DNA from: an uncultured Neomegalonema sp.
GTDB lineage: Bacteria; Pseudomonadota; Alphaproteobacteria; Rhodobacterales; Rhodobacteraceae
Reading direction: 5' to 3'
NCBI GenBank assembly: GCA_964588915.1
Contig: CAZPTD010000001.1
Span: 2,591 to 66,590, forward strand
Length of the DNA stretch: 64,000 nt
Shown here: positions 1 through 8,761 of the stretch, in pieces
Numbering within the stretch: position 1 is the stretch's first letter
Layout: every line of letters starts with the position of its first letter
The notes under the pieces: model-generated
Seen by the model: only the letters and a program-made list of their open reading frames with translations
Told to the model about the DNA's origin: nothing
Databases searched by the model: none
Program-made: the position numbers and the translations under genes

Positions 1-1341
1 GCCGAGATCGACGATGAAGCGCGAGACGTTGAGGCCGACGCCGGAGAGCTCGAGCGCGCCGATCATGATCCCGACCGAGGCGGTGATCACGGCGATCACC
101 AGCCAGCGCAGCACCGCGTCCCGGAAGGCGTCGAGGATCGGCAGCGGCAGCAGCCAGCTCGACCGGTCCGTCGAGAGAAACGAGCAGGCGATCACCACGC
201 CGCAGGAATAGATGCCGGCCATGCCCGGCGTGTAGGCGGCGATCAGCAGGAAATAGATCAGGCCCGCCACCGGAAGCGCATAGAACCAGCCCTCGCGGAG
301 CGTGCGGAAAAAGCGCGGCAGGTCGGCGGCGGGCAGCGCCTCGATCCCGTTGCGGCGCGCCTCGAAATGCACCGACGCGAACACGACGAGGAAGTAGAGC
401 AGCGCCGGGATCAGCGCCGCGACGACGACCGCGACATAGGTCTCGTCGACCCATTCGGCCATCAGGAACGCGATCGCGCCCATCACCGGCGGCAGGATCA
501 TCCCGCCGGTCGAGGCCACCGCCTCGACCGCGGCGGCGAATTCGGGCTTGTAGCCCGACTGCTTCATCATCGGGATGGTGAAGACGCCGGTCGTCGCCGA
601 GTTTCCGGAGGGCGAGCCCGAGATCGAGCCGAACATCGCCGAGGCCGCGACGGCGGACTTGGCCGGCCCGCCCCGCGCCCAGCCGGTCAGCGACAGCGCG
701 AGATCCATGAACCAGCGCGAGGCGCCGGCCCGCTCCATCAGCGCGCCGAAGATCAGAAAGACGATGACGATGTTGACGGCGACGCCGAGCGGCTTGCCGA
801 AGATCCCGGCGTCGCCGACATAGGACGAGAAGAGCAGCCGGTCGAGCGCGTAGCCCTGCCCGTGCAGAACGCCCGGCAGGAACTGCTGGAACATCGCGAT
901 CGAGACGAAGGCGAGGATGATGATCGGCAGCACGATCCCGGTGCGGCGCCGGACGAGCTCGAGCAGCGGAACGGCGAGGCAGAGCGCGAGCACGATCCCG
1001 ACGTCGTCGAGATAGCCGAAAAAGGCGTAGTCGAGCACCGCCTCGTGGAAGAAGACCACGTAGCCGGCGCTCGCGGCGAGCGCCGTCCAGATGGCGAGAT
1101 CGAGCCAGCGCAGCGTCAGAAGAGGCGCCCTTCCCGCGCGAGCGCTCTTGAAATGGTCGGTCGTCAGGAAGATCAGCGCCGCCGCGAGCGTCAGGCTGAT
1201 CGCCTTCACCGAGCTGTGCGGCGTGAAGACGCCGAACCATGTCGGAACCTGCGCGATCATCACGATGTGAAAGAGCGCCGTGAGCGTCGTCAGCGTCAGC
1301 AGAATGCGCCGGCTCGCGGTCTCGGAGAAGGTCTTCGACAT
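1..1341 (-). CDS. TRAP transporter fused permease (TAXI-associated 4TM/12TM type), N-terminal 447 codons; gene continues past the left window edge
   Basis: Absent from the ORF track because it has no stop inside the window. My own minus-strand translation from ATG at 1341 gives MSKTFSETASRRILLTLTTLTALFHIVMIAQVPTWFGVFTPH... and stays open to position 1. It is strongly hydrophobic with DctM-like stretches (MFGSISGSPSGNSATTGVFTIPMMK, AVEAVASTGGMILPPVMGAIAF). It lies 70 nt downstream of the TAXI receptor gene on the same strand. Confidence 0.8.
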   Translation of the reverse strand, partial: MSKTFSETASRRILLTLTTLTALFHIVMIAQVPTWFGVFTPHSSVKAISLTLAAALIFLTTDHFKSARAGRAPLLTLRWLDLAIWTALAASAGYVVFFHEAVLDYAFFGYLDDVGIVLALCLAVPLLELVRRRTGIVLPIIILAFVSIAMFQQFLPGVLHGQGYALDRLLFSSYVGDAGIFGKPLGVAVNIVIVFLIFGALMERAGASRWFMDLALSLTGWARGGPAKSAVAASAMFGSISGSPSGNSATTGVFTIPMMKQSGYKPEFAAAVEAVASTGGMILPPVMGAIAFLMAEWVDETYVAVVVAALIPALLYFLVVFASVHFEARRNGIEALPAADLPRFFRTLREGWFYALPVAGLIYFLLIAAYTPGMAGIYSCGVVIACSFLSTDRSSWLLPLPILDAFRDAVLRWLVIAVITASVGIMIGALELSGVGLNVSRFIVDLG

Positions 1342-1411
1342 GGCCTCGGTTTCGCCAGGAGGGCGCGACGCTCCCGGGACCGGCCGGAAGCGCCGACGGC
1401 GCGCGATCGGA

Positions 1412-2425
1412 TCAGAGGTTCAACAGGCGCTCCTGGTCGGCGGCGTTCTCGGCCGTCCAGACGCCGGCCTCCTCGAGATAGCGGACGACGCCGGGATGGA
1501 ACGGCAGCGCCGGCGACGCCACGGCGCGCTCCTTCGTCCAAGCCGCGCCGGTCGGGTGGTAGGTGGCGAACTGGTCGACATTGTCGTAGAGCGCCTTGGC
1601 CACCGCGTAGGTCGTCTCGTCGTCGAGGCCCGGCGCGCCGATCATGTAGGTGTTGAGCGAGAAGAGATGCGTCTCCTCGGACTGGTTCGAGAAGTCGTTC
1701 GCCGCTTGGGTCACGCCGTAGAACGCCGCCGGAAGCTTGGCCAGGATCGCGTCGCGATCGGCCGCCTCCATCTTCATGAAGGACATGACGCCGTCCGACA
1801 TCGGCGCCTCGATCATGCCGGCGCGCGGGCTGAACGGCATGACCACAGCGTCGACCGAGCCCGCGCGGATCGCGTCGAGGGCTTCGCCGGAGTTCGTCGT
1901 CGAGACGACGTTGATCGCGCTCGCGTCGAGCTCGTAATGCGCGATCATCGCGTCGACGATCAGCCGCAGCTCCGGCAGCGGGCGACGCTCGCCGATGATC
2001 GTCTTGCCCTCGAGATCTCGCGGCGTCTCGATCCCCGACCCGTTGCGCGTGAAGATGTAGCGGTAGCTCGGATGACCCTGCATCATCAGGCGCAGATCGA
2101 CCTGGCGGCCTTCGAAGGCGTAAGAGCCGGTGAAGCCCGAGAACGACGCGAAGGAGTTCGCGATCGCGAGATCGATGTTGCCGGCGCCGATCCCGTTGAC
2201 GTTCGCCGCCGAGCCGCCGACCGGCTCGACCGTGGTGTTGACGCCGGCGTGCTCGCGGATCATCTCGCCGGCGCCGACCGCGAGCGTGTAGAACACCGAT
2301 CCGACGCTCGACGTGCCGATGCGCAAGGAACTCGCCTGGCCGCGGCCGCCGCGGCCCGAGGCGGCGAGCGCCGCGGCGGCGCCGAAGCCGGCGAGCACGG
2401 CGCGACGGTTGAAGCTGTGGGGCAT
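1412..2425 (-). CDS. TRAP transporter solute receptor, TAXI family
   Basis: ORF 1412..2938 trimmed to the internal ATG at 2425, which is preceded by GGGAGG (reverse complement of 2431-2436). N-terminus MPHSFNRRAVLAGFGAAAALAASG is signal-like. The body (RIGTSSVGSVFYTLAVGAGEMI, VGGSAANVNGIGAGNIDLAIANS, PFHPGVVRYLEEAGVW) looks like TAXI receptors. Confidence 0.9.
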   Translation of the reverse strand: MPHSFNRRAVLAGFGAAAALAASGRGGRGQASSLRIGTSSVGSVFYTLAVGAGEMIREHAGVNTTVEPVGGSAANVNGIGAGNIDLAIANSFASFSGFTGSYAFEGRQVDLRLMMQGHPSYRYIFTRNGSGIETPRDLEGKTIIGERRPLPELRLIVDAMIAHYELDASAINVVSTTNSGEALDAIRAGSVDAVVMPFSPRAGMIEAPMSDGVMSFMKMEAADRDAILAKLPAAFYGVTQAANDFSNQSEETHLFSLNTYMIGAPGLDDETTYAVAKALYDNVDQFATYHPTGAAWTKERAVASPALPFHPGVVRYLEEAGVWTAENAADQERLLNL

Positions 2426-2484
2426 GAGAACCTCCCTTTGGTTTGTCGGTGCGGGACGGGCCCGGCTTGGCCGCCGGGTTCGGG

Positions 2485-3936
2485 TTATTTGAAGAGTTCC
2501 GGCCACTTCGCCCGGATGGATTTGCGCAGCTCCGGAGAGGCCTCGGCGGTGATCGGAAAGCTCTTCAGCCGGCCCCAAGGGCGACAGGCGTTCACGACCG
2601 CGCGGTTGCTCTCGTAGGGCGGCTCGGGAAGCATCGGATCGAGCGGCGTCGACCAGGCGCGGCGGATGAAGTCGATGTCCTCGCACGGGTCGCAGCGCGT
2701 CGACATCGCCCAGATCACCGCCTGCATGTCCGCCGGATCGATGTCGTGATCGACGACGACGACCCAGCGGCCGGCGTAATTGCCGGCGCGGCAGTTCGCC
2801 GCCAGCATCCCGGCTTGCTTGGCGTGTCCCGGATAGTTTTGCCGGATCGAGATCACGTTGAAGAGGCGCCCGGCGCCGGCCTCGTGGCACCACACGCCCT
2901 CGACGCCGGCGAGACCGGCCTTCTCGACCTCGTCCCAAATCATCGCCGCCTTCACCGCCGCGCGCGCGAAGGTGAAGTTCTCCGGCGGACGCGAGGGCAC
3001 GGCCAGCGTGAGGATCGGGTCGTCGCGATGGTAGACGCGCTCGATATGGACGACGGGTTGCTCCGAGGCCTCGGACGCGTAGTAGCCCATGAATTCGCCG
3101 AACGGGCCCTCGAGCCGCGTCTCGCTCGGATCGATGACGCCCTCGAGCACGATCTCGGCGTTGGCCGGTATCGGCAGCCCGTGGGTCTTCGACGGGATGA
3201 CCTCGAACGGTCGGCCGCGATGGCCGCCGGCGTAGTCGAGCTCGGAGACGCCGCCCTTGATCTCCTGATGCGACGCCAGGAACAGGAGCGGGTCCTGCCC
3301 GCAGGAGATCAGCACCGGACAGGGCTCGCCGCGGGCGAAATACTTCTCGCGGATGAAGCGGCCGTGCTTGCCCGGCGAGATCCAGATCCCGCAGGTCTTC
3401 GCGTCATGCACGGCGATGCGGTAGGTGCCGAGATTGATGTGGCCGTCGTCCGGATCGCGCATGACGATCATGTCGTCGGTGCCGATATAGCGGTTGCCGT
3501 CGAGCTCGTGCACTTGCGGGACCGGAAACTTCCAGAGGTCGACGTCCTCGTCCTCGACGACGTTCTCGAGGATCGGCCCGTCGGCGACCTCGATCGGCGG
3601 GATCAGCTTGAAATCCGCGCCGAGCCGGTCGCGGTAGGAGCGGGCGAGCGCCACCTCGTCCTCCGGCAGCGGCAGCCCGAGCACCGTCGCCAGCCGCGTG
3701 AAGGAGTTCGCCGCGCCGGAGAGGATCCGGAAGCCCGCCGGATAGCCCGGTATCTTGTCGAAGAGCGCCGCGGGCGATCGTCCCGGCGCGTGCTGGGCGA
3801 CCATCTCGGCGACGCCCCCGACCTCGAGGCGCCAGTCCGCTCCTTCGACGATCGCGAGCTCGCCGAGCTCCTCGAACTTCTCGATCAGGTCTCGCAGATC
3901 GGCATGGCGCCACAGGGCGCCGGCTCCGTCGGCCAT
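2485..3936 (-). CDS. UbiD-family (prFMN-dependent) decarboxylase
   Basis: 483-aa ORF with UbiD-like signatures: NLGTYRIAVHD, EGPFGEFMGYY, RWVVVVDHDIDP. GGGGAGGAG RBS upstream (reverse complement of 3941-3949). Confidence 0.92.
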   Translation of the reverse strand: MADGAGALWRHADLRDLIEKFEELGELAIVEGADWRLEVGGVAEMVAQHAPGRSPAALFDKIPGYPAGFRILSGAANSFTRLATVLGLPLPEDEVALARSYRDRLGADFKLIPPIEVADGPILENVVEDEDVDLWKFPVPQVHELDGNRYIGTDDMIVMRDPDDGHINLGTYRIAVHDAKTCGIWISPGKHGRFIREKYFARGEPCPVLISCGQDPLLFLASHQEIKGGVSELDYAGGHRGRPFEVIPSKTHGLPIPANAEIVLEGVIDPSETRLEGPFGEFMGYYASEASEQPVVHIERVYHRDDPILTLAVPSRPPENFTFARAAVKAAMIWDEVEKAGLAGVEGVWCHEAGAGRLFNVISIRQNYPGHAKQAGMLAANCRAGNYAGRWVVVVDHDIDPADMQAVIWAMSTRCDPCEDIDFIRRAWSTPLDPMLPEPPYESNRAVVNACRPWGRLKSFPITAEASPELRKSIRAKWPELFK

Positions 3937-4050
3937 CGATCTCCTCCCCGCGCGTCGTCGCGCCGCCGGTTCGCGGGTCGTCGGTGCGACAACGGAGCGC
4001 TTGCTTTTTGCAGACGCTACGGCGCGGCGGCGGAGGCGATCAAGACATAA

Positions 4051-4072
4051 TAGCTAGACAAGGTACTTAATT
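4051..4072. promoter_or_regulatory. AT-rich motif TAGCTAG-N8-CTTAATT upstream of the ubiD-TAXI-TRAP unit; candidate MarR operator/promoter element
   Basis: The only AT-rich island in the 220-nt gap upstream of ubiD. It shares both heptamers, in the same order and strand, with the site just upstream of the marR gene (8630-8656). Confidence 0.3.
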
Positions 4073-4155
4073 TCTCGGAGGCTCGTCATCCGCCCGCGAA
4101 GAAGGCGAACGCGAGAGGGATGGACAGGATGCGGCGCCCGCGGATCCTCCGCCGC

Positions 4156-4911
4156 TCAGACGTTGATCGAGCCGCCGTCGACGGCGACGGTCTGACCCGT
4201 CATGAAGCCCGCGCCTTCGGAGACCATGAAGAGAAGCGCCGCCGTCAGGTCCTCGCTGCGGCCGGAACGGCGGATCGCGCGGCTCGCCAGCACCTGGTCG
4301 TGGTTGGCGAGGTTCCGAGGATGGTCCATCACCGACGGCGTCTCCGTCAGGCCGGGCGCGAGGGTGTTGACGGTGATCCCGTGCGCCCCGACCTCGCGCG
4401 AGACCGCGCGCGTCAACCCGACGAGAGCCGCCTTCGAGGCGATGTAGGCGCTCATGCCGGGCATGCCTTTGTATGCGGTTCCGGACGAGATATTGACGAT
4501 CCTGCCCCAACCCGCCTCCTTCATCCGCGGCAGACAATGCTTAATCATCAGGAACGGCCCGGCCGCGTTGACGGTCATCACCCGAAGCCAAAGCTCGAGC
4601 GACAGCTCATCGACGGGCGTTCGCGGCAGCTCGGCGAAGAGCGCGGCGTTGTTCACGAGAATGTCCGGGCCGCCGAGCGACGCGGCGACCTCGGCGACGG
4701 CCGCCGCCACCCTGTCCTCGTCGCTGACGTCGACCTCCCAGGCGCGCACGCGCGCGCCATGCGCCGCCGCGATATCGCGCGCCGCCTCGGCGCCCGGCCG
4801 AATATCGAAAAGCGCGACGTCCGCGCCGGCGCCGGCGAGCGCCTCGGCGAAGGCGCGGCCAAGGCTGTAGGCGCCGCCCGTCACGACCGCCGTCCGACCC
4901 GAGAGATCCAT
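4156..4911 (-). CDS. SDR-family oxidoreductase
   Basis: ORF 4156..4926. The ATG at 4911 is preferred because AGGAGG lies 8 nt upstream. Motifs: TAVVTGGAYSLGRAF (cofactor-binding Gly motif), NNAA, and the catalytic Y-x3-K in SAYIASKAA. Confidence 0.88.
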   Translation of the reverse strand: MDLSGRTAVVTGGAYSLGRAFAEALAGAGADVALFDIRPGAEAARDIAAAHGARVRAWEVDVSDEDRVAAAVAEVAASLGGPDILVNNAALFAELPRTPVDELSLELWLRVMTVNAAGPFLMIKHCLPRMKEAGWGRIVNISSGTAYKGMPGMSAYIASKAALVGLTRAVSREVGAHGITVNTLAPGLTETPSVMDHPRNLANHDQVLASRAIRRSGRSEDLTAALLFMVSEGAGFMTGQTVAVDGGSINV

Positions 4912-4987
4912 CCTCGTCCTCCTCATCGCCCCGCGCCGAGCTTAGGCGCCGACGCGGGCGCCGTCACCCCCGAGGTCCTGACCGACG

Positions 4988-6445
4988 ATGACGCATGACC
5001 AACGCTTCGCCGACGCTCTCAACCGAATCGACGGCAGCGAACGCGGCCATCCCGACAGGCTCTGGGAAGAGAGCCTCGATCCCGCGACCGGCGCCGTGAT
5101 CGGACGCTACGCGCCCGGATCCGCCGCGCTGGCCGACGAGGCCGCGGCGGCGGCGCGCAGAGCGTTCGAGGAGAGCGGCTGGGCCCGCGATCCGCGCCTG
5201 CGCCAGAGCGTCCTACTGCGCTTCGCCGACCGGATGCAGGCGGCCAAGGACGAGCTTGTCGAGCTGCTGACGCGCGAGAACGGCAAGCTCCGCCACGAGG
5301 CCGCCGGCGAGGTGGCGTCGGCGATCTCCGAGGCGCGCTTCTACGCCGGGCTGGCGCGGGTTCCGAGAGGGCGATCGGGCGAGGTCGCGCCGAACACGCT
5401 CTCCGTTATCGGGCGAGAGCCCGCCGGCGTCGCCGCCGTGATCGTGCCGTGGAACGCGCCGGCGACGCTCCTCGTCCGCTCGCTCGCGCCGGCGCTCGCG
5501 GCGGGCTGCACGGTCGTCGTGAAGCCCGCGCCGCAGACGACGCTGATCAACGCGGCGGTCATGGCGCTGCTCCTCGCGGACGACGCGCCGCCCCAGGGCG
5601 CGATCAACGTCGTCAACGAGCGCGGCGTCGAGGTCGGCCGCGCGCTCGTCGCCTCGCGCGCCGTCGACGTCGTCTCCTTCACCGGCTCTTCGGCCACCGG
5701 CAAGGCGATCATGGCCGCCGCCTCGCCGACGCTGAAGCGGCTGTCGCTCGAGCTCGGCGGCAAGTCGCCCGGCGTCGTCTTCCCGGACGCCGATCTCGAC
5801 CGCGCGGCGCGCGAGCTGACCTTCGGCGCGCTGTCCGTCGCCGGCCAATTCTGCATGTGCGCGAGCCGGATCCTCGTCCACGCCGACGTCTACGACGAGA
5901 TGCGCGAACGGCTCGCGACCCGCTTCGCGGAGACGCGCGTCGGCCCGGCCTCGGACCCGGAGAGCCAGATGGGGCCCGTCATCGACGCCGCGAACCGCCA
6001 ACGGCTCGAAGGGCTGATCGACCTGGCGGCGCGCGAGGGCGACGTCGTCCTGCGCGGCGCGCGCACCCGCGACGCGGGGACCTTCCTGACCCCGACGCTC
6101 GTCGCGCTCGACACGGTCGAGACGCGGCTCGTCAAAGAGGAGCTCTTCGGTCCCATCATCACGCTGGAGCGGTTCACGACGGAGCCCGAAGCGTTGGCGA
6201 TGGCGCACGCCACGGATTTCGGGCTCGCCGCCAGCGTGCACACGCGCAACCTCGACACCGCCCACCGGATGGCGCGACGCTTGCGCGCGGGCACCGTCTG
6301 GATCAACTGTCACCGCCGCCAGTTCGCCGAGGTAGAGGTCGGCGGCTACGGCGAGAGCGGCCTCGGCCGGCTGCACGGGCTAGAGGGACTGGACGACTTC
6401 TTGGAGACCAAGCACGTCTTCCTCGACTATGGCGAGAACGCATGA
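4988..6445 (+). CDS. NAD(P)-dependent aldehyde dehydrogenase family protein
   Basis: 485 aa. ALDH signatures: VPWNAP, ELGGKSP, and the catalytic Cys context AGQFCMCASRILV. Confidence 0.92.
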   Translation: MTHDQRFADALNRIDGSERGHPDRLWEESLDPATGAVIGRYAPGSAALADEAAAAARRAFEESGWARDPRLRQSVLLRFADRMQAAKDELVELLTRENGKLRHEAAGEVASAISEARFYAGLARVPRGRSGEVAPNTLSVIGREPAGVAAVIVPWNAPATLLVRSLAPALAAGCTVVVKPAPQTTLINAAVMALLLADDAPPQGAINVVNERGVEVGRALVASRAVDVVSFTGSSATGKAIMAAASPTLKRLSLELGGKSPGVVFPDADLDRAARELTFGALSVAGQFCMCASRILVHADVYDEMRERLATRFAETRVGPASDPESQMGPVIDAANRQRLEGLIDLAAREGDVVLRGARTRDAGTFLTPTLVALDTVETRLVKEELFGPIITLERFTTEPEALAMAHATDFGLAASVHTRNLDTAHRMARRLRAGTVWINCHRRQFAEVEVGGYGESGLGRLHGLEGLDDFLETKHVFLDYGENA

Positions 6446-7017
6446 GCGACGACGGCCCGCCCATCATCATCGGCATCACCGGCGCCTCCGGCGTCGTCTA
6501 CGGCGTTCGGGCGCTCGAGATTCTCGCCGAACTCGGCGTGAAGACGCATCTCGTCATGACCAAGTCCGCCGAGCTCACCATGAGCTACGAGCTCGACCGA
6601 AAGCCGAAAGAAGTCCGCGAGCTGGCGACGAAGACGCACGCGATCGGCGACGTGGGCGCCTCGATCTCGTCCGGGTCGTTCAAGACCCGCGGCATGCTGA
6701 TCCTGCCCTGCTCGATCCGCACCCTCTCGGAGATCGCGACCGGCGTCACCTCGTCGCTGATGAGCCGCGCGGCGGACGTCGTGCTGAAGGAGCGCCGCCG
6801 CCTCGTCCTCGGGATCCGCGAGACGCCGCTCCATGTCGGCCATCTGCGCAGCATGACCCAGGCGGCGGAGATCGGCGCGATCATCTCGCCGATCGTGCCG
6901 GCGTTCTACACGCGGCCGAAGACGCTCGACGACATCGTCGACCAATCGGTCGGCCGGATGCTCGACCTCTTCGACATCGACGCCGGCGGCGTCAAGCGGT
7001 GGCGGGCCGAGGAGTAG
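6442..7017 (+). CDS. ubiX: UbiX-type flavin prenyltransferase
   Basis: Last 191 codons of ORF 5449..7017. The ATG at 6442 overlaps the ALDH stop (ATGA). Motifs: IIIGITGASGVVYGVRALE and LPCSIRTLSEIATG. Confidence 0.92.
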   Translation: MSDDGPPIIIGITGASGVVYGVRALEILAELGVKTHLVMTKSAELTMSYELDRKPKEVRELATKTHAIGDVGASISSGSFKTRGMLILPCSIRTLSEIATGVTSSLMSRAADVVLKERRRLVLGIRETPLHVGHLRSMTQAAEIGAIISPIVPAFYTRPKTLDDIVDQSVGRMLDLFDIDAGGVKRWRAEE

Positions 7018-7018
7018 C

Positions 7019-8086
7019 GTGATCCTCCGCCGACGGATCCTCGCCACGGGGCTGACATTGATCGCGACCCTCCTGTCGGGCTACGGCGCGCAGGCGGCCG
7101 GCCTGCCCTTGCCTTGGCTCTTGGGCGCGCTGCTCGCCTCCGCCGCGCTCGCGCTTTCCGGCGTCAGGATCCTCGGCGAGCCGCCCCAGTTCCCGAGCGT
7201 CGGACGGCTGATCGCGGTGCCGGTCATCGGCGTGACGATCGGCGCCGGACTGACGCCCGAGATCGCGCGGCAGATCGCGGGCTGGTGGCCGAGCCTCCTT
7301 AGCGTTCTGCCCTACGCCGTGCTCCTGCAGGTCGTGAACTACGCCGTCTTCCGCCGGCTCGGCGGCTACGACAAACCCACCGCGTTCTTCGCGGCGAGCC
7401 CCGGCGGGCTGGTCGAGGCGGTGCTGCTCGGCGAGAAGGAGGGCGGCAACGTCGCGCTGATGAGCGTCCAGCATTTCAGCCGCATCGCGCTCAGCGTCTC
7501 GGCGATCCCGCTCATTTTCGTGTTCACGACCGGAGAGCAGGTCGGCAGCGCCGCCGGAGCGGCCATGCCCGGCGGCGACGCCTGGCCCACGCTCGCCGAC
7601 GCCGCGCTCCTCGCCGCCGCGGCCGTGATCGGCGTTCCGCTCGGCCGCGCCTTGAGACTCCCGGCGGCGATCATGATCGGCCCGATGGCCTTGAGCGCGC
7701 TTCTCCACGTCGCCGGCCTCAGCAGCGCGAGCGTGCCGCAGCCTGTCGTCGCCGCCGCGCAGCTGGTCGTCGGCACGGCGATCGGGCTTCGCTTCGTCGG
7801 TCAGGACCGGGCGTCGATCTTCAGCGGGCTCGGCCTCGCGCTCATCGCGGTCACGATTTCGATCACGGCGGCGGCGACGGCCGCGAGCCTGCTGTCGACC
7901 CTCGGCCTGGCGAGCTGGGACGCGATCTTTCTCGCCTTCGCTCCGGGCGGGGTCGCCGAAATGGGTCTTGTCGCGCTCTCGCTCGGGATCTCGCCGGTCT
8001 ACGTCTCGATCCATCACGTCGCGCGGATCGTGCTCGCGGTGGCGCTGTCCAGAGCGATCTTCAGGATCGTTCTGCGCCTGTCCTAG
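7019..8086 (+). CDS. AbrB-family polytopic membrane protein (AbrB duplication / COG3180-like putative transporter)
   Basis: 355 aa, about 10 hydrophobic segments, internally duplicated. It starts 1 nt after the ubiX stop (GTG). LPLPWLLGALLASA and SPGGLVEAVLLGE-type segments are typical of this family. Confidence 0.8.
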   Translation: MILRRRILATGLTLIATLLSGYGAQAAGLPLPWLLGALLASAALALSGVRILGEPPQFPSVGRLIAVPVIGVTIGAGLTPEIARQIAGWWPSLLSVLPYAVLLQVVNYAVFRRLGGYDKPTAFFAASPGGLVEAVLLGEKEGGNVALMSVQHFSRIALSVSAIPLIFVFTTGEQVGSAAGAAMPGGDAWPTLADAALLAAAAVIGVPLGRALRLPAAIMIGPMALSALLHVAGLSSASVPQPVVAAAQLVVGTAIGLRFVGQDRASIFSGLGLALIAVTISITAAATAASLLSTLGLASWDAIFLAFAPGGVAEMGLVALSLGISPVYVSIHHVARIVLAVALSRAIFRIVLRLS

Positions 8087-8612
8087 GCGATTCGGCGCCG
8101 AGAAGGCCGTCGAGACTGCCGGACCGGGCGCCCCGCGACCGCTTCGCGATCAGTTGCACGAGGACGCGTTGGAACGCCTCGAGGTCGGCGGCGCTGATGT
8201 CCTCCGCCAGCTTGGCCTCGCGCGCGGCCATCCTCGCCTCGACCTCCTCGAGAACTTCGCCCCCCGCCGCCGTGAGATTGAGAAAGCTTGACCGCTTGTC
8301 GGACGGATTGCGCGTCTTCTCGACGAACCCGGCGTCGACCAGCTTCGCGATCGACCGCACGAGCGTCGCGCTCTCGACGTCGAGCGCTTTCAGCAGGCGC
8401 GCCTGAGTGACGCCCGGGTTCTCGTTGATCAGGATCAGCAGGCCCGCCTGGACCGGCGTCGTGCGCCCGGCGCCCACGGACTGCACTTCGTCCGCCCACG
8501 AGGACGACAGGAGGTTATGGAGCCTCCGCACGAGAAATCCCGTGGTGTGCGCCAGGCGGCCGAACTTCAGCGGCGGATCGACAACGCCGTCATTCGAATG
8601 ATTTGCGTCCAT
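8061..8612 (-). CDS. MarR-family transcriptional regulator
   Basis: 183 aa. Winged-HTH region VTQARLLKALDVESATLVRSIAKLVDAGFVEKTRNPSDKRSSFLNLTAAG. Confidence 0.88.
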   Translation of the reverse strand: MDANHSNDGVVDPPLKFGRLAHTTGFLVRRLHNLLSSSWADEVQSVGAGRTTPVQAGLLILINENPGVTQARLLKALDVESATLVRSIAKLVDAGFVEKTRNPSDKRSSFLNLTAAGGEVLEEVEARMAAREAKLAEDISAADLEAFQRVLVQLIAKRSRGARSGSLDGLLGAESPRTGAERS

Positions 8613-8629
8613 GGGCCGCGCTTTATATG

Positions 8630-8656
8630 TAGCTAGGCTCGGCAGCTAGCTTAATT
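8630..8656. promoter_or_regulatory. Candidate MarR autoregulatory operator (TAGCTAG ... AGCTAGCTTAATT)
   Basis: Located 18-44 nt upstream of the marR start. It contains the inverted repeat AGCTAG/CTAGCT and the heptamers TAGCTAG and CTTAATT, which also occur at 4051-4072. Confidence 0.35.
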
Positions 8657-8761
8657 CGACGATCGTCGCCTGTGAAGGCGTCGCGAAGGCGGCGACGGCC
8701 GACGGTCGACTTCGATCGGCGGCTCTCCTTCCGCACGCCGCCCGTCGGCGACCGTCCGGCG

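Noticed and set aside
5449-7017. Long N-terminal extensions offered by the ORF track. Examples: 5449..7017 for ubiX, 11147..14044 for the ABC binding protein, 17912..19357 for the enolase-superfamily gene, 28227..30353 for the cupin protein, 34255..36180 for the LivM-like gene, 39430..40995 for the CoA-transferase, 25369..26931 for the ABC ATPase.
   Set aside because: The upstream parts are Arg/Pro/Ala junk that overlaps the preceding real gene. Internal starts with Shine-Dalgarno sequences or ATGA coupling give proteins of family-typical length.
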